64,000 bases of DNA from positions 19,525-83,524 of the forward strand of contig JBFIXI010000002.1 in NCBI GenBank assembly GCA_041605955.1. Direction: 5' to 3'. This DNA is from Acidimicrobiia bacterium (GTDB lineage: Bacteria; Actinomycetota; Acidimicrobiia; Spongiisociales; UBA5794). The notes under the pieces are model-generated. The model did not search any database and was not told the origin of the DNA. It was given only the letters and a program-made list of their open reading frames with translations. How positions within the stretch are numbered: position 1 is the stretch's first letter; each line of letters starts with the position of its first letter. A program made the position numbers and the translations under genes. Positions 17,308 to 27,215 of this stretch are shown here, piece by piece.

Positions 17308-18074
17308 GACGCGAGACCTTTGCAGTTTCGGGCCGGCTGTTCTTCGAGCTGGTGACCGGCTCGGGCGATGTCGAGGTGCTTCCCGGTTCAGGCGACGAGG
17401 TGGTGGTTGAGCTCCGGGGCGGCCCCGAGGCCTCCTACACAGTGGAGCTGACCGGCTCCGACCTTCGGGTGTGGCCTCCCGTCAAGCACGGCGGCAAGCG
17501 GCGGCGGGCCAGCACCGACATCCGGGTGCAATTGCCCGCCTCCTGCTCTGGGGATATCCGCACCGCCTCCGGCGACGTTGTTGTGATAGCGCCCTTGTGG
17601 GACTTGGCGGTGGCGACAGCCAGTGGGGATCTGCGGGTTGCCGAGCCGATCAGCGGGGAGCTCGAGGTCAAGACGGCCTCGGGTGATGTGAGGTTGGACG
17701 ACGTTGCGGGCCGCGCGGCCATCACGACGGCGTCGGGGAATGCGACGCTCGGCAACGTTGCGGGCGATCTGAGGTTCAGCAGTGCGAGTGGCGACGTGCG
17801 CGCCGCGGCGGTGGCCGGCACTGTCGAGATCAGGACAGTGTCCGGCAATGTGACGGTGCAGTCGGCCGCGGGTCCGACAGTGCGAACGAGAACATTGTCG
17901 GGGGACGTGAGGCTGGGGATTCCGCCGGGACGAACCGTCGATCTCGACATGCAGACGTTGTCGGGTGAGGTGGTGAACCGCCTCGGGGAACCTTCTGCAT
18001 TCACGGGCACCCGCATTCCGCTGGCCATTTCTGTGCAGACCGTCTCGGGCGACCTGCAATTGGAGAGTGCCTGA
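17304..18074 (+). CDS. DUF4097-type beta-strand-repeat protein (putative adhesin/LiaG-like fold)
   Basis: Repeated 'SGDV/SGNV...T.SG' segments every 15-20 aa across about 250 aa. Translationally coupled to the upstream RHH gene. Confidence 0.55.
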   Translation: MRRETFAVSGRLFFELVTGSGDVEVLPGSGDEVVVELRGGPEASYTVELTGSDLRVWPPVKHGGKRRRASTDIRVQLPASCSGDIRTASGDVVVIAPLWDLAVATASGDLRVAEPISGELEVKTASGDVRLDDVAGRAAITTASGNATLGNVAGDLRFSSASGDVRAAAVAGTVEIRTVSGNVTVQSAAGPTVRTRTLSGDVRLGIPPGRTVDLDMQTLSGEVVNRLGEPSAFTGTRIPLAISVQTVSGDLQLESA

Positions 18075-18090
18075 ACGCTCACCGGCCCCA

Positions 18091-19110
18091 TCACTCATCC
18101 ATGCGCCGCCCGATCCAACGATCGATCTCCCCCCAAACTTCGTAGAGCCACCGCGCCCGCTCTCGCCTGCTGCGCGGAATGTCGACGGCCTTGATTCGCG
18201 TGAGAGCAATATTCACTGTCCGCCCAACGAGAGCGCCCGACCACAGATCGCCGACCTTGGCAAAGCCCTCCAACCCCTGATGCGCTCCCACGACGACGTC
18301 GGCGCCACTGTCGAGAAGCGCCAAGGTGCCGCCCGGCCGAGGCGGCATCACATGGCGCAATCGCTCTGCAGCCTCCACCAGAGTGTCGCCGGCATCTCGC
18401 ATCCGCTGCAACGCCCGCGCCTGACGTGCCGGGGTGAATCGGGTGCCCTCCGGGTAGATGAGAACGCCATCGTTTGGTCCGAGGTTCTCGCTCAGAGCCC
18501 GAATCCTCCGCAACTCGGCGCGCGGATCACTCGCCTCCCTGTCGACGAAGTAGTTGGGCAGGCGTTTGCCGGCGACGTCCAGTGAGGGGAGCATCAACAG
18601 TTCCCGCTTGATCACCCACCGCAGCCGGATTCCGAGATCGGCGGTCAGCAGCACAGCCGGCAACAGGTTGTCGACGATGCTGGCGTGGCGGAACATGGCC
18701 ATGATCGGGCCGGGCGAAGCGACTTCCTGGCCGGCTACCGCCAGCTCGAGCCGGAAAATGCGCTGCACCGTATTCAGCAACGTGCGTGCCCACCACACTT
18801 GAATCTGCCACGCATCGTTCTGCAGGCGCACCTCGCCGCCACCGAGCCCCGCTCGCAGCCATGAGACGAAGAGCCAACCCAGCCCGTACAGCTCGACTGC
18901 GAAGAACACGAAGCCGAATCCGAGCAACCGCAGCGTCATCGCCGGCTTGCGGGCGACGATCCACCGGACTCCATCGGCGATCACAGCACCAGGGACGAGG
19001 ATCGGGGCCAGCGCAGTCAGCGCCAGGAAGATGAGTATCGAGCGGGGGATCGTGACCAGCCTGCGGCGAATGACCCGTCCTCGAGGTTCTGGGGTGTTGG
19101 CGCCAGCCAT
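18091..19110 (-). CDS. Membrane-associated acyltransferase (LPLAT/PlsC-like, glycerol-phosphate acyltransferase family)
   Basis: N-terminal TM helices, 'FRHASIVD' (H..D-like) and 'YPEGTRF' acyltransferase motifs. Confidence 0.55.
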   Translation of the reverse strand: MAGANTPEPRGRVIRRRLVTIPRSILIFLALTALAPILVPGAVIADGVRWIVARKPAMTLRLLGFGFVFFAVELYGLGWLFVSWLRAGLGGGEVRLQNDAWQIQVWWARTLLNTVQRIFRLELAVAGQEVASPGPIMAMFRHASIVDNLLPAVLLTADLGIRLRWVIKRELLMLPSLDVAGKRLPNYFVDREASDPRAELRRIRALSENLGPNDGVLIYPEGTRFTPARQARALQRMRDAGDTLVEAAERLRHVMPPRPGGTLALLDSGADVVVGAHQGLEGFAKVGDLWSGALVGRTVNIALTRIKAVDIPRSRRERARWLYEVWGEIDRWIGRRMDE

Positions 19111-19163
19111 GATTCGTTATCCGATCGCTCACCTGGGCGGTGGGCACATCCCATGATGGGAGA

Positions 19164-19892
19164 TCAAGTGTTCGCCCGCCACACTGCAACGGGCTCACCT
19201 TCCGAGACGGGCACTCCTCCCGCAATCTCGTTGGTGAGGGCAAACCCCTGCACATTTCCGACGACCTGGAAGGGCGCCTGGTCGGGATTGGCGCCGAGCA
19301 CGCCGGCCGAGATCACCCGGTCGTCCACTATGGCCCAGAGCTGATAGGTTCGCGACGCATCGAGTGTCGGCAGGTTGTCTGCATAGAGAAAGCCGATGCC
19401 ATCTCGACCCACGACGATGCGCGCCTCAACCGGGCTGCCGTCGTTTGCAGTCAACGTGGCGACGATAGCCGTGGGGTCCTCCAGCAGCTCGTCGATGGCG
19501 ACTTCGACTCCCGGGTTCGATCGCTCCGCCAGCAGGCGCAGCACGCTGATCCCCAGGACCGTGACGAGGGCAACCGCGGCGATCGAGAGCGCGGCCGTGA
19601 CGCGCGTCAGGCGGGAGCGGCCTCTTGCCAACGTCGCTGCCGCCGCATTGGGCGGGGGGGAGGTCGAGATCTGCTCGGCTATGTGTTCCCAGACGAGCGG
19701 AGCCGGCGTCGCCGGGGTGGGGTCGACAGCGTGGGCCAGTACAGCCAGCACGGCGCGATGCTCGTCGAGCTCAGCCCGCAATGCGGCGTCGTGGGCCAGC
19801 GCAGCCTCGACCCAAGTACGTTCCGCGGCGTCGACCGAATCCACGGCATAGGCCGCCACCAGGTCGAGCAGCTCGGTTCGCGAGGAGGTCAT
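19164..19892 (-). CDS. Anti-sigma factor (RskA-type, anti-sigma-K-like)
   Basis: N-terminal zinc-less ASD helix 'LLDLVAAYAVDSVD', a TM segment, and a C-terminal RskA-like domain. ATGA overlap with the upstream ECF sigma gene. Confidence 0.6.
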   Translation of the reverse strand: MTSSRTELLDLVAAYAVDSVDAAERTWVEAALAHDAALRAELDEHRAVLAVLAHAVDPTPATPAPLVWEHIAEQISTSPPPNAAAATLARGRSRLTRVTAALSIAAVALVTVLGISVLRLLAERSNPGVEVAIDELLEDPTAIVATLTANDGSPVEARIVVGRDGIGFLYADNLPTLDASRTYQLWAIVDDRVISAGVLGANPDQAPFQVVGNVQGFALTNEIAGGVPVSEGEPVAVWRANT

Positions 19893-20509
19893 GGCATGAC
19901 TCCCGCCGCAGACAATTGGCCTTTGAGGCGCCTCATCCCGGTGCGGATGCGGCTCTTGATGGTGCCCTCGGGCTCGTCGAGCGCGGCCGCGACCTGGCGA
20001 TAGGTGTAGCCGTGGAAATAGGCGAGCTCGATGGCCCGGCGCTCTTGTTCAGCGAGACCGGCAACGGCTTGGCGCACCTTGTCCGACGCAACGTTCGCCC
20101 ACACTTGGCTCTCGATGTCGGGGGGTCGCGGGACATCCATGAACCGCTCCCGCTTCTCGCGCTCCTTGCGCGCCAGCTCGGAGCGAAGCATGTCGATGCT
20201 GCGGCCATGGGTATCGGCCAGCAAGAAGGAACGCACCGCGCCGCGGGCCGGGTCATACCGTTCGGGCCGGTTCCACAAACGGAGGAACACCTCCTGAGTC
20301 ACCTCCTCCGCCATCTCGGGGCTCTTCACGAGCCGCCGGGCGAGCGCGAACACAGACCCTCCGTGGCGATCGTATAGTTCGGAGAGCGCCGCTTCGTCGT
20401 AGCGCGCGACGGCCATCACCAAGCCGGCATCGGACGCTTCGATGCCTCGGGTCCCGCTAAACCGATTATCCGACACTGTGTTTGGAGCCTCTGTGGCAAG
20501 CGCGAGCAT
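19889..20509 (-). CDS. ECF-family RNA polymerase sigma-70 factor (SigK-like)
   Basis: Regions 2 and 4 ('VTQEVFLRLW', 'LAEQERRAIELAYFHGYTYRQVAAALDEPEGTIKSRI'). Start set at an internal Met. The ORF track extends to 20611. Confidence 0.7.
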   Translation of the reverse strand: MLALATEAPNTVSDNRFSGTRGIEASDAGLVMAVARYDEAALSELYDRHGGSVFALARRLVKSPEMAEEVTQEVFLRLWNRPERYDPARGAVRSFLLADTHGRSIDMLRSELARKEREKRERFMDVPRPPDIESQVWANVASDKVRQAVAGLAEQERRAIELAYFHGYTYRQVAAALDEPEGTIKSRIRTGMRRLKGQLSAAGVMP

Positions 20510-20680
20510 GGACGTGACTCTTTTCGGCTGCGACGGTAATACGGAGGTCGGAAGGTTGTCGGATGACGGTCTGCTTCGTCCGACGCGACCAGATGCAGCC
20601 AGGTAGACCAAGACTATGTTGGGGGCATGACAGCAGTCCGGGATACCATTGGATGGCCAACCGGCGGCGAGGTCCGGCCA

Positions 20681-21289
20681 ATGATCATCGGCGTGGCGGG
20701 CGGTTCAGGATCGGGCAAGACGACGATCGCCCATGCCGTTGTGGAAAACGTCGGCACCGATGTGGTCTCGCTGATTCAGCACGACTCGTACTACAGGGAT
20801 TTGTCGCATTTGGACCTGCCCGACAGGCAGGAGATCAACTTCGACCACCCGGACAGCCTCGAGACCGAGCTGCTGGTGCACCATCTAGAGGAGTTGCGGT
20901 CGGGGCGCGGCGTCGAAGTGCCGGTCTACGACTTCGGGATCCACACTCGGACCACTCGGACTGTCCCAGTTGCGCCGGAGGCGGTCATCATGGTGGAGGG
21001 GATTCTGGTCCTCGCCGAGGTGGCACTGCGCAAGCTGATGGACCTCCGGATCTACGTAGACACTGACCCGGACCTGCGGTTCATCCGTCGGCTGCAGCGG
21101 GACCTCGATGAGAGGGGCCGGTCGCTGGATTCGGTGACCCAGCAGTACCTGAACACCGTGCGACCAATGCATCTGCAATTCGTCGAGCCGTCGAAGCGAT
21201 ACGCCGACATCATCGTTCCCGACGGCTACAACCATTCCGTCGTTGGCACGGTCACCTCGATGATTCGTAACTTCCTCGACGGGCGGTGA
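20681..21289 (+). CDS. udk: Uridine kinase
   Basis: 'IIGVAGGSGSGKTT' P-loop and 'YRDLSHLDL...INFDHPDS' uridine-kinase signature. ORF track start 20627, likelier start MIIGV at 20681. Confidence 0.75.
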   Translation: MIIGVAGGSGSGKTTIAHAVVENVGTDVVSLIQHDSYYRDLSHLDLPDRQEINFDHPDSLETELLVHHLEELRSGRGVEVPVYDFGIHTRTTRTVPVAPEAVIMVEGILVLAEVALRKLMDLRIYVDTDPDLRFIRRLQRDLDERGRSLDSVTQQYLNTVRPMHLQFVEPSKRYADIIVPDGYNHSVVGTVTSMIRNFLDGR

Positions 21290-22076
21290 TCGGCGGCGGC
21301 AAGCGCTCCAATAGCTGGTCGAGCACATCGTTCCACGCTGTGGCGAACAGGGCGTGTCCTGCTCCCGAGGCGTGAAACAGGTCGGCTGCGTACATGCCGT
21401 TCTCGTTCTCCGGATCGTCGAAACTGTCCCACATAGATCCCCATGAGGTCGTCTTCGGAAGCCTGAGGCGGTGGGCCACGCGGGCGATGGCCCGATCGAA
21501 CGAGCGCGCCCGCACCCGGGCCCACGCCCTACCGATATTGGGCAAGCGGGGCAAGGGACCGAGGTCGCCGAGCCCGGAGACGCCCACTGCAGGGATTCGC
21601 TCGGCCAAGCGCCGGAGAATCTCGTAGAGGTCGCGTTCGAAATCGGTTACCGAGACCGCCCGCAGGGCGTCGTTGGCCCCTACGCACACCAATGCCAAGT
21701 CCGGCGCCTCGGCGATTGCGGGTGCCACCTGGTACTTCAGCACGTCACTTGCCCTGGTCCCGCCCACCGCGAAGCTCACCAAGGTGACCTGGTAGTCGGC
21801 TGTCAGTCGGTGGCCGATGCGGCGAGCCCAGCATTCGTCGATGGGATGGACGCCTGGCGCAGTGACCGAGCTGTCGCCCAGCAGAGCGATCTTGAGGGGA
21901 GGCTTGTTGGAATCGCCCAGCACACCGCTGGGGTCCTGGTTGGTCAAGCTCGGCAAGTCCGGGCGATGGCCCGTGTGCCACAGCTGGCCGAAGAGAATCC
22001 CCAAAGCGGCCAGCGGCCTCTTCGCCAGTCTCTTCGCGGTCGCCATCTGAGCCATCCTCGCGCGCCCGGCCGGCAA
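21252..22076 (-). CDS. SGNH/GDSL-family hydrolase
   Basis: 'IALLGDSS' (GDS block I), 'GGTRASD' and 'GANDAL' blocks, then DxxH at the C-terminus. The start is uncertain (the track start appears to be TTG, with internal ATGs 7-10 codons in). Confidence 0.55.
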   Translation of the reverse strand: MPAGRARMAQMATAKRLAKRPLAALGILFGQLWHTGHRPDLPSLTNQDPSGVLGDSNKPPLKIALLGDSSVTAPGVHPIDECWARRIGHRLTADYQVTLVSFAVGGTRASDVLKYQVAPAIAEAPDLALVCVGANDALRAVSVTDFERDLYEILRRLAERIPAVGVSGLGDLGPLPRLPNIGRAWARVRARSFDRAIARVAHRLRLPKTTSWGSMWDSFDDPENENGMYAADLFHASGAGHALFATAWNDVLDQLLERLPPPITARRGSYESSR

Positions 22077-22091
22077 GCGTAGCCAGCGGAT

Positions 22092-23177
22092 TCAGACGTT
22101 GAAACGGAAGCGAATCACGTCTCCCTCTTGGACGATGTAGTCCTTGCCTTCGAGACGCCACTTGCCGGCTGCCTTGGCGCCGGCCTCTCCGCCCAGAGCG
22201 ACGAAGTCCTCGCAAGTCACGACCTCGGCCCGGATGAAGCCTCTCTCGAAGTCGGTGTGGATCAGGCCGGCAGCGCGCAGTGCGGTAGATCCGCGCCGGT
22301 ATGTCCACGCCCTGACTTCTTTCTCACCAGTGGTGAAGAACGTGTTGAGGCCCAGTGCCCGATATGCCGCCCGGACGACCTTGTCGAGACCCGACTCTTC
22401 CAGGCCCAACGCGGCGAGGAACTCCGGGCGATCTTCCGGAGCGAGCTCGGCGATCTCGGCCTCGGCCTTGCCGTCGATCACGACCAGCTCCGACCCCTCC
22501 GCCTCGGCAATCTCGGCTATCGCCGCCAAGGCGTTCTCATCGGCAATCTCATCGATGTTGGCCACATACAGCACGGGCTTGGCGGTGAGCAGATGCAGCT
22601 CTCCGGCGTGAGCCAGCTCCGAGCTCGTCAGCGGAACCGTCCTGGCCGGGTCGCCTGCGCGCAACGCAGCGGCCAGTTTCTCAACTACGCGTCGCGCCGC
22701 GTCCGCGGTCCGATCCCCAGACTTGGCGCGCCGGGCGTGACGTTCGGCGGCTCTCTCCACCGTCGCCAGGTCGGCGATCGCCAGCTCGGTATGGATGGTC
22801 GCGATGTCTTCGACCGGATCGACCCGACCGCCCACGTGGCTCACATTGGGGTCCTCGAAGACCCTCACGACATGGGCGATCGCATCCACCTCGCGGATGT
22901 AGCCGAGGAACTGATTGCCGAGCCCCTCGCCCTGGGAGGCACCGGCTACCAGTCCGGCGATGTCCGTGAACTCGATGGTGGTGGGCACCACCTCCCGGGG
23001 CTGCACGATGGCGGCGATCTCGTACAAACGAGGGTCGGGCACCAAGGCCACGCCCACATTGGGATCGACAGTGGCAAAGGGGTAGTTGGCTGCCACTGCG
23101 CCGGCGGCGGTCAGTGCGTTGAACAGCGTGGATTTGCCCACGTTGGGGAGACCGACGATGCCGCAAGTGATGCCCAT
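22092..23177 (-). CDS. ychF: Redox-regulated ribosome-binding ATPase YchF
   Basis: '[18 protein letters not shown]' P-loop and TGS domain. Full-length, about 360 aa. Confidence 0.85.
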   Translation of the reverse strand: MGITCGIVGLPNVGKSTLFNALTAAGAVAANYPFATVDPNVGVALVPDPRLYEIAAIVQPREVVPTTIEFTDIAGLVAGASQGEGLGNQFLGYIREVDAIAHVVRVFEDPNVSHVGGRVDPVEDIATIHTELAIADLATVERAAERHARRAKSGDRTADAARRVVEKLAAALRAGDPARTVPLTSSELAHAGELHLLTAKPVLYVANIDEIADENALAAIAEIAEAEGSELVVIDGKAEAEIAELAPEDRPEFLAALGLEESGLDKVVRAAYRALGLNTFFTTGEKEVRAWTYRRGSTALRAAGLIHTDFERGFIRAEVVTCEDFVALGGEAGAKAAGKWRLEGKDYIVQEGDVIRFRFNV

Positions 23178-23257
23178 TCAGAAACCTCGGGTGGCTGCGG
23201 AGGCCGGAGCATAGGCCGGAGGCGAAAGACGAGACGGACGTCGGCGAGCCGCGTAGT

Positions 23258-24451
23258 GTGAGCGCCATGCGGATTGGGGCCGTGGCGCTGGGAGGGCTGT
23301 TCCTGCTGGGTGCGTTGGTAGCGCCCAGTCGGGTAATTGCTGCGCTCGGCGTGGAGGGCCACCCGCGGTGCACGCTCGACGGCGTTGCTGCGGGATATAC
23401 GTGGTGGGCAGACGAAGAGCACGTAGCAATCACCGATGAGCCCGTGCTGGAGTGGAACGGCATGATCGTCGATGCCAACCAGGTGGACTGCTCTGCTGTT
23501 CTCGCGTGCTTGCGGGAACGGCCCGAGATGGCCGGACGCGCCGCCACGATGGTCGGCGGTGACGCGGCCGACCACATCGTCGGAACCAACGGACCGGACC
23601 TCATCGTTGGTGGGCCCGGACCGGATCGCCTGGAGGGGAGGCGGGGCCGCGACACTCTGTGCGGGGGCACCGGTGATGATGTGATCGTTGGCGGTGGGGG
23701 GGCCGACCATCTGTCGGGACGATGGGGTCGCGATGAGTTGCGCGGCGGACCCCGAGACGACCGCATCGACGGGGGCAATGGCGACGATGCACTGTTCGGC
23801 GGGAGCGATCCCGATGTGCTCCTGGGGAGCGCCGGACGCGATGGTTTGTACGGCGGTGACGGAGACGATGTGCTGCGAGGCGGTCCCTCGCGCGATGTGT
23901 GTTTCGGCGAGGGCGGGCTCGATTCGTTTGCTCATTGCAGCGTCGCGGCCGACGACGATGTCCAGTACGGAGCCGGCCCGGTCCACGTCATTCGAGCGCA
24001 AGTCGACCCGTTGCTCGACGAGTCGCTGGCGCAGTTCACCGCCTATGTGGATTGGATCCTGTCCGACCCCCGTAGCTGGCTCGGCGACGGCTCGGTGACA
24101 TGGCGGCGCGTCGGTCCGGACGATCCCGCCGATCTCAGCATCATCTTGGCGGCACCGGAGACCGTCGACGCGATCTGCTTCCCGTTGCGGACCGGCGGCT
24201 ACTTCTCATGTCGCAACGGGGACAAGATCGGCATCAACATCAACCGGTGGAACACCGCCACGGATTGGTGGCCCGTCAGCCTTCACATCTACCGGACCTA
24301 TGTGATCAATCACGAAGTGGGGCACTATCTGGGACACGGCCACGTCAGTTGCCCCGGCGACGGGGAGCTGGCCGACGTGATGCAGCAGCAGACCAAAGGG
24401 CTCGATGGCTGTGTCGCCAACGGGTGGGTGTTCCCGGAGGGTCCACCGTGA
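23258..24451 (+). CDS. Secreted protein: signal peptide, RTX-like beta-roll (about 9 GGxGxDxL nonapeptide repeats), and a C-terminal DUF3152-like zincin domain with HEVGHYLGHGH
   Basis: N-terminal 'MRIGAVALGGLFLLGALVA' signal. Repeats 'GGTGDDVIVGGGGADHLSG...GGNGDDALFGG...GGDGDDVLRGG'. HExxHxxGxxH lies near the C-terminus. Confidence 0.6.
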   Translation: MSAMRIGAVALGGLFLLGALVAPSRVIAALGVEGHPRCTLDGVAAGYTWWADEEHVAITDEPVLEWNGMIVDANQVDCSAVLACLRERPEMAGRAATMVGGDAADHIVGTNGPDLIVGGPGPDRLEGRRGRDTLCGGTGDDVIVGGGGADHLSGRWGRDELRGGPRDDRIDGGNGDDALFGGSDPDVLLGSAGRDGLYGGDGDDVLRGGPSRDVCFGEGGLDSFAHCSVAADDDVQYGAGPVHVIRAQVDPLLDESLAQFTAYVDWILSDPRSWLGDGSVTWRRVGPDDPADLSIILAAPETVDAICFPLRTGGYFSCRNGDKIGININRWNTATDWWPVSLHIYRTYVINHEVGHYLGHGHVSCPGDGELADVMQQQTKGLDGCVANGWVFPEGPP

Positions 24452-24717
24452 GCGATGCCGTCGCCGCCGTTGAGGAGCTCCTTGCCGAGGCCGCCGCGGC
24501 GCATCACGAGGCTTTCAAAGAGACGGACGGGGTCGACCCGGAGTGGCCGTTGTGGTACGCCACATACCTGGCAAGTCGGCTTGGTCCCATGTCCGGTTTC
24601 CGGGGGACGCGATCCGAGCTCGTCTACTGGCTGATCCGGCTGGACCGTGAGTATCGAGAAATCGACTCGGCGGTGCCGTGGACGCGCTTCTATGCGGTCA
24701 GAATCGCCGCGCTTTGA
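24448..24717 (+). CDS. Small hypothetical protein (about 89 aa), translationally coupled
   Basis: Its GTG overlaps the stop of the upstream gene (GTGA) and its own stop overlaps the TTG/ATG of the next ORF. No recognisable family ('DPEWPLWYATYL'). Confidence 0.35.
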   Translation: MSDAVAAVEELLAEAAAAHHEAFKETDGVDPEWPLWYATYLASRLGPMSGFRGTRSELVYWLIRLDREYREIDSAVPWTRFYAVRIAAL

Positions 24718-25706
24718 CTGAGACGCCTCCGGTGGAGCTCAGCAAACTCATCGAGGCGAGCGATCTCGACGGGCTGGTGCGATACGCCGAGCGGCTCGTG
24801 GCGAATCGTGACTGGGCGGGGCTGGTCGAGATGCGCGACCTCTGCCGAGAGGCGACGGGGCGGGGCAAACAGGTGTGGGGGGCCGCCCACTATGCGGAGT
24901 ATCGGCTGGCGCTCGACGGGCCCGCCGAGTACGCAACCGCAGTGATCAAATCGGGTGCCGGCCGCTTTGCCCCCGGCCCACTTTGGGAGGTGGCAGCCTC
25001 GACCCACAGTTGGGATGAGCTCAGCTCCGTCACCGACCCGGCGCTACGCGCCTTGATTGCCCATGAGCGTTTGCTGCGGGGCGACGAGGTCGATGCGGCC
25101 GATGTCGATCGAGCCGTGGTCGATGCCCCGCTCGCCCTTGCCGTATGGGAGCCGGACTATCCCCGAGCGGTGTACCGGTCGGATGGGGCCGACTTTCCCG
25201 AGCTGGAGATCCTGGCACCGGCCGCGTGGGTCGATCTGCCGGCACAGCCGGGCCCTTCCTCGGCTCACACCGATCCGGTGATCGCGTTGCTCGACCTGGT
25301 GGAGCCTTGGCTGGAGAGCTCCAACGGCCGTGGCGAAGGAGTCGCCGTGGAGGGTGGAGGCCTCGAAGCGATTCGGGCGCTGGGACCGCGCCGGGTGCGG
25401 GCGGAGGAAGTCACACTGCGCCAAGCCGTGGCGGTGATGGCATGGACCGGGGCGTCGGGGGGCGCCCATGGGAGACGCCGGGGCACGCCGGTGGGCCGGG
25501 CGCTTGCCCTTTGGGCGGTTGCGGTGATCACCGGGCTGGACGATGCCTGGCCGGTCGATCTAGACGAGCTGGGTGAAGCGGGTTCAGAGATGAGATGGCT
25601 GGTCTGGGACCCGGGCGAACAGGCCGGCGGATGGCACTTCCACCTGGCGGTGGCGGACCCCATGGACGGGCTGGCATGGGCAATCAGTGCAGTGGATGCA
25701 CCCTGA
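24714..25706 (+). CDS. Hypothetical protein (about 330 aa), third member of the coupled triplet
   Basis: Long ORF in the same direction whose start overlaps the stop of the small gene. Its composition looks like coding sequence, but I recognise no domain. Confidence 0.4.
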   Translation: MTETPPVELSKLIEASDLDGLVRYAERLVANRDWAGLVEMRDLCREATGRGKQVWGAAHYAEYRLALDGPAEYATAVIKSGAGRFAPGPLWEVAASTHSWDELSSVTDPALRALIAHERLLRGDEVDAADVDRAVVDAPLALAVWEPDYPRAVYRSDGADFPELEILAPAAWVDLPAQPGPSSAHTDPVIALLDLVEPWLESSNGRGEGVAVEGGGLEAIRALGPRRVRAEEVTLRQAVAVMAWTGASGGAHGRRRGTPVGRALALWAVAVITGLDDAWPVDLDELGEAGSEMRWLVWDPGEQAGGWHFHLAVADPMDGLAWAISAVDAP

Positions 25707-25712
25707 CAGCGC

Positions 25713-26732
25713 TCACAGGTGGGGCATCACCTCGGCAGCAATCCGATCCATCAGCTCAGTCTGGGGGCCGAGGTGGAGGGTATGGAGGTAGGAGCGGGCG
25801 ACGAACTCGACGGGAACGCCGGCCCGAGCGCGCATCGTATTGAGCTGTTCGACGATCCAGTCGGCCGGCCCCACGAACACGGTTCTTTGGCGCAAGTCAT
25901 CGCGCCGGCCCGGCGTGAGCAGCGGAGCCGCGGGGATCGAGCCCAGCCGGGAGGCCGATGCGACCATGTCCTCGTATTTCCACGTGAGGTGCCAGATGTG
26001 CTGGCCCGCCTCGTCCCAGCCGCGGCGGAAGTCGCTGGCCGGATACATTATCGAGTAGTGGAGCCAGCGGAACTTGCTCGGATCCCGTCCAACAGCCTCC
26101 ATCTCTTCCGTGGCCCAGCGCACCTGTTGCACCAGCCGCTCCGCCGGAGCGTTGCTGAACAGACCGTCGGCCTGTCTGGCGGCGCGCCGCACCGCGGCCT
26201 CCGCACCGCCCCCACTGACGATGTCGATGCGGCGCTGCGGGGTGGGCCGGATACCCACCCGGGGTAGTTGATAGATCTCGCCGTTGTGCTCGATGGGCTC
26301 GCCGGTCCATGCCTTGGGGAGGATCTGCAGGATCTCCGACGTGGCCCGGCCCCGCAATCGTTTGCCCGGGCCGAGCGCTGCCAGCTCGACGGGTGACCAT
26401 CCCAAGCCCAGGCCCAGCGTCAGCCGGCCTTTCGATATGAGTTGGACGGTGGCCGCATCCTCGGCGAGGCGGATCGGGTCGTGCATCGGCGCCAGCAACA
26501 CCCCGGTCCCGATGCCGATCGTGGTCGTGCGGGCGGCGATTGCCGCGCTCGTAACCAGCAACGAGGGCATATACCCGTCGTCTACGAAGTGATGTTCGGT
26601 GGTCCAGACGGAGCTGAACCCGAGCTTTTCGGCGTGGGAGGCCAAGCGCAACGTCTCGTCGTAGGCCTGCTCCCAGTCCTTGGACTCCCCCGGCCGCAGT
26701 TGCGCTGAGAGCAGCCCAAAGCCCAACCCCAT
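25713..26732 (-). CDS. LLM-class (luciferase-like) flavin/F420-dependent oxidoreductase
   Basis: 'FSSVWTTEHHF', 'LGLGLGW' and the TIM-barrel LLM pattern. Confidence 0.7.
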   Translation of the reverse strand: MGLGFGLLSAQLRPGESKDWEQAYDETLRLASHAEKLGFSSVWTTEHHFVDDGYMPSLLVTSAAIAARTTTIGIGTGVLLAPMHDPIRLAEDAATVQLISKGRLTLGLGLGWSPVELAALGPGKRLRGRATSEILQILPKAWTGEPIEHNGEIYQLPRVGIRPTPQRRIDIVSGGGAEAAVRRAARQADGLFSNAPAERLVQQVRWATEEMEAVGRDPSKFRWLHYSIMYPASDFRRGWDEAGQHIWHLTWKYEDMVASASRLGSIPAAPLLTPGRRDDLRQRTVFVGPADWIVEQLNTMRARAGVPVEFVARSYLHTLHLGPQTELMDRIAAEVMPHL

Positions 26733-26777
26733 CAGGTCACGCTCTCACCGACGGTGCCAACCTGGCAGAAGGTTCAC

Positions 26778-27152
26778 CTAGAGGTGGGCCCGGGCGGTTT
26801 CGTCATCGTCCACGGCAACCGCAAAGTGGAGGCCCTCGGCAGACGAATGGAGCAGGTACATCGCTTCGATGTTGACACCCGTGTTCGCCAGGGCCTCCGC
26901 CATGTCGGCTAGTGCTCCCGGCTTGTCGTGGAGGACAGCACTGATGACGCGCCGCTCCTCGAAGCTCATGCCTGCACTCGACAGCACGCGGCGGGCGGCT
27001 TCCTCTTCGTCCACGACGAGCTTGACGAACCCGTCGGTGCCGGATGTGATGGCGGCTAACGCTTCGATGTTGACGCCGGCGGTCGCCATCTCCCTAGAGA
27101 GCATTGCGAGCTGCCCTGGCCGGTTGGCGAGCTTCACTGAGAATTCGATCAT
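26778..27152 (-). CDS. Tandem ACT-domain protein
   Basis: Two 'L..RPG.LA.....A..G.NIEA' ACT repeats. Confidence 0.55.
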   Translation of the reverse strand: MIEFSVKLANRPGQLAMLSREMATAGVNIEALAAITSGTDGFVKLVVDEEEAARRVLSSAGMSFEERRVISAVLHDKPGALADMAEALANTGVNIEAMYLLHSSAEGLHFAVAVDDDETARAHL

Positions 27153-27215
27153 GGACCCAGATTACGACGTTTCACTCTCGCGCGGCTAGTCGAAGTTTGA
27201 ATCCGGGCATCTACC

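Noticed and set aside
22128-24001. Competing long ORFs (22128..23261 plus strand, 22681..23778 and 23111..24001 minus strand) around ychF and the beta-roll gene
   Set aside because: ychF (minus strand) and the RTX/zincin gene (plus strand) have signal peptide, P-loop and HExxH evidence. The alternatives have none
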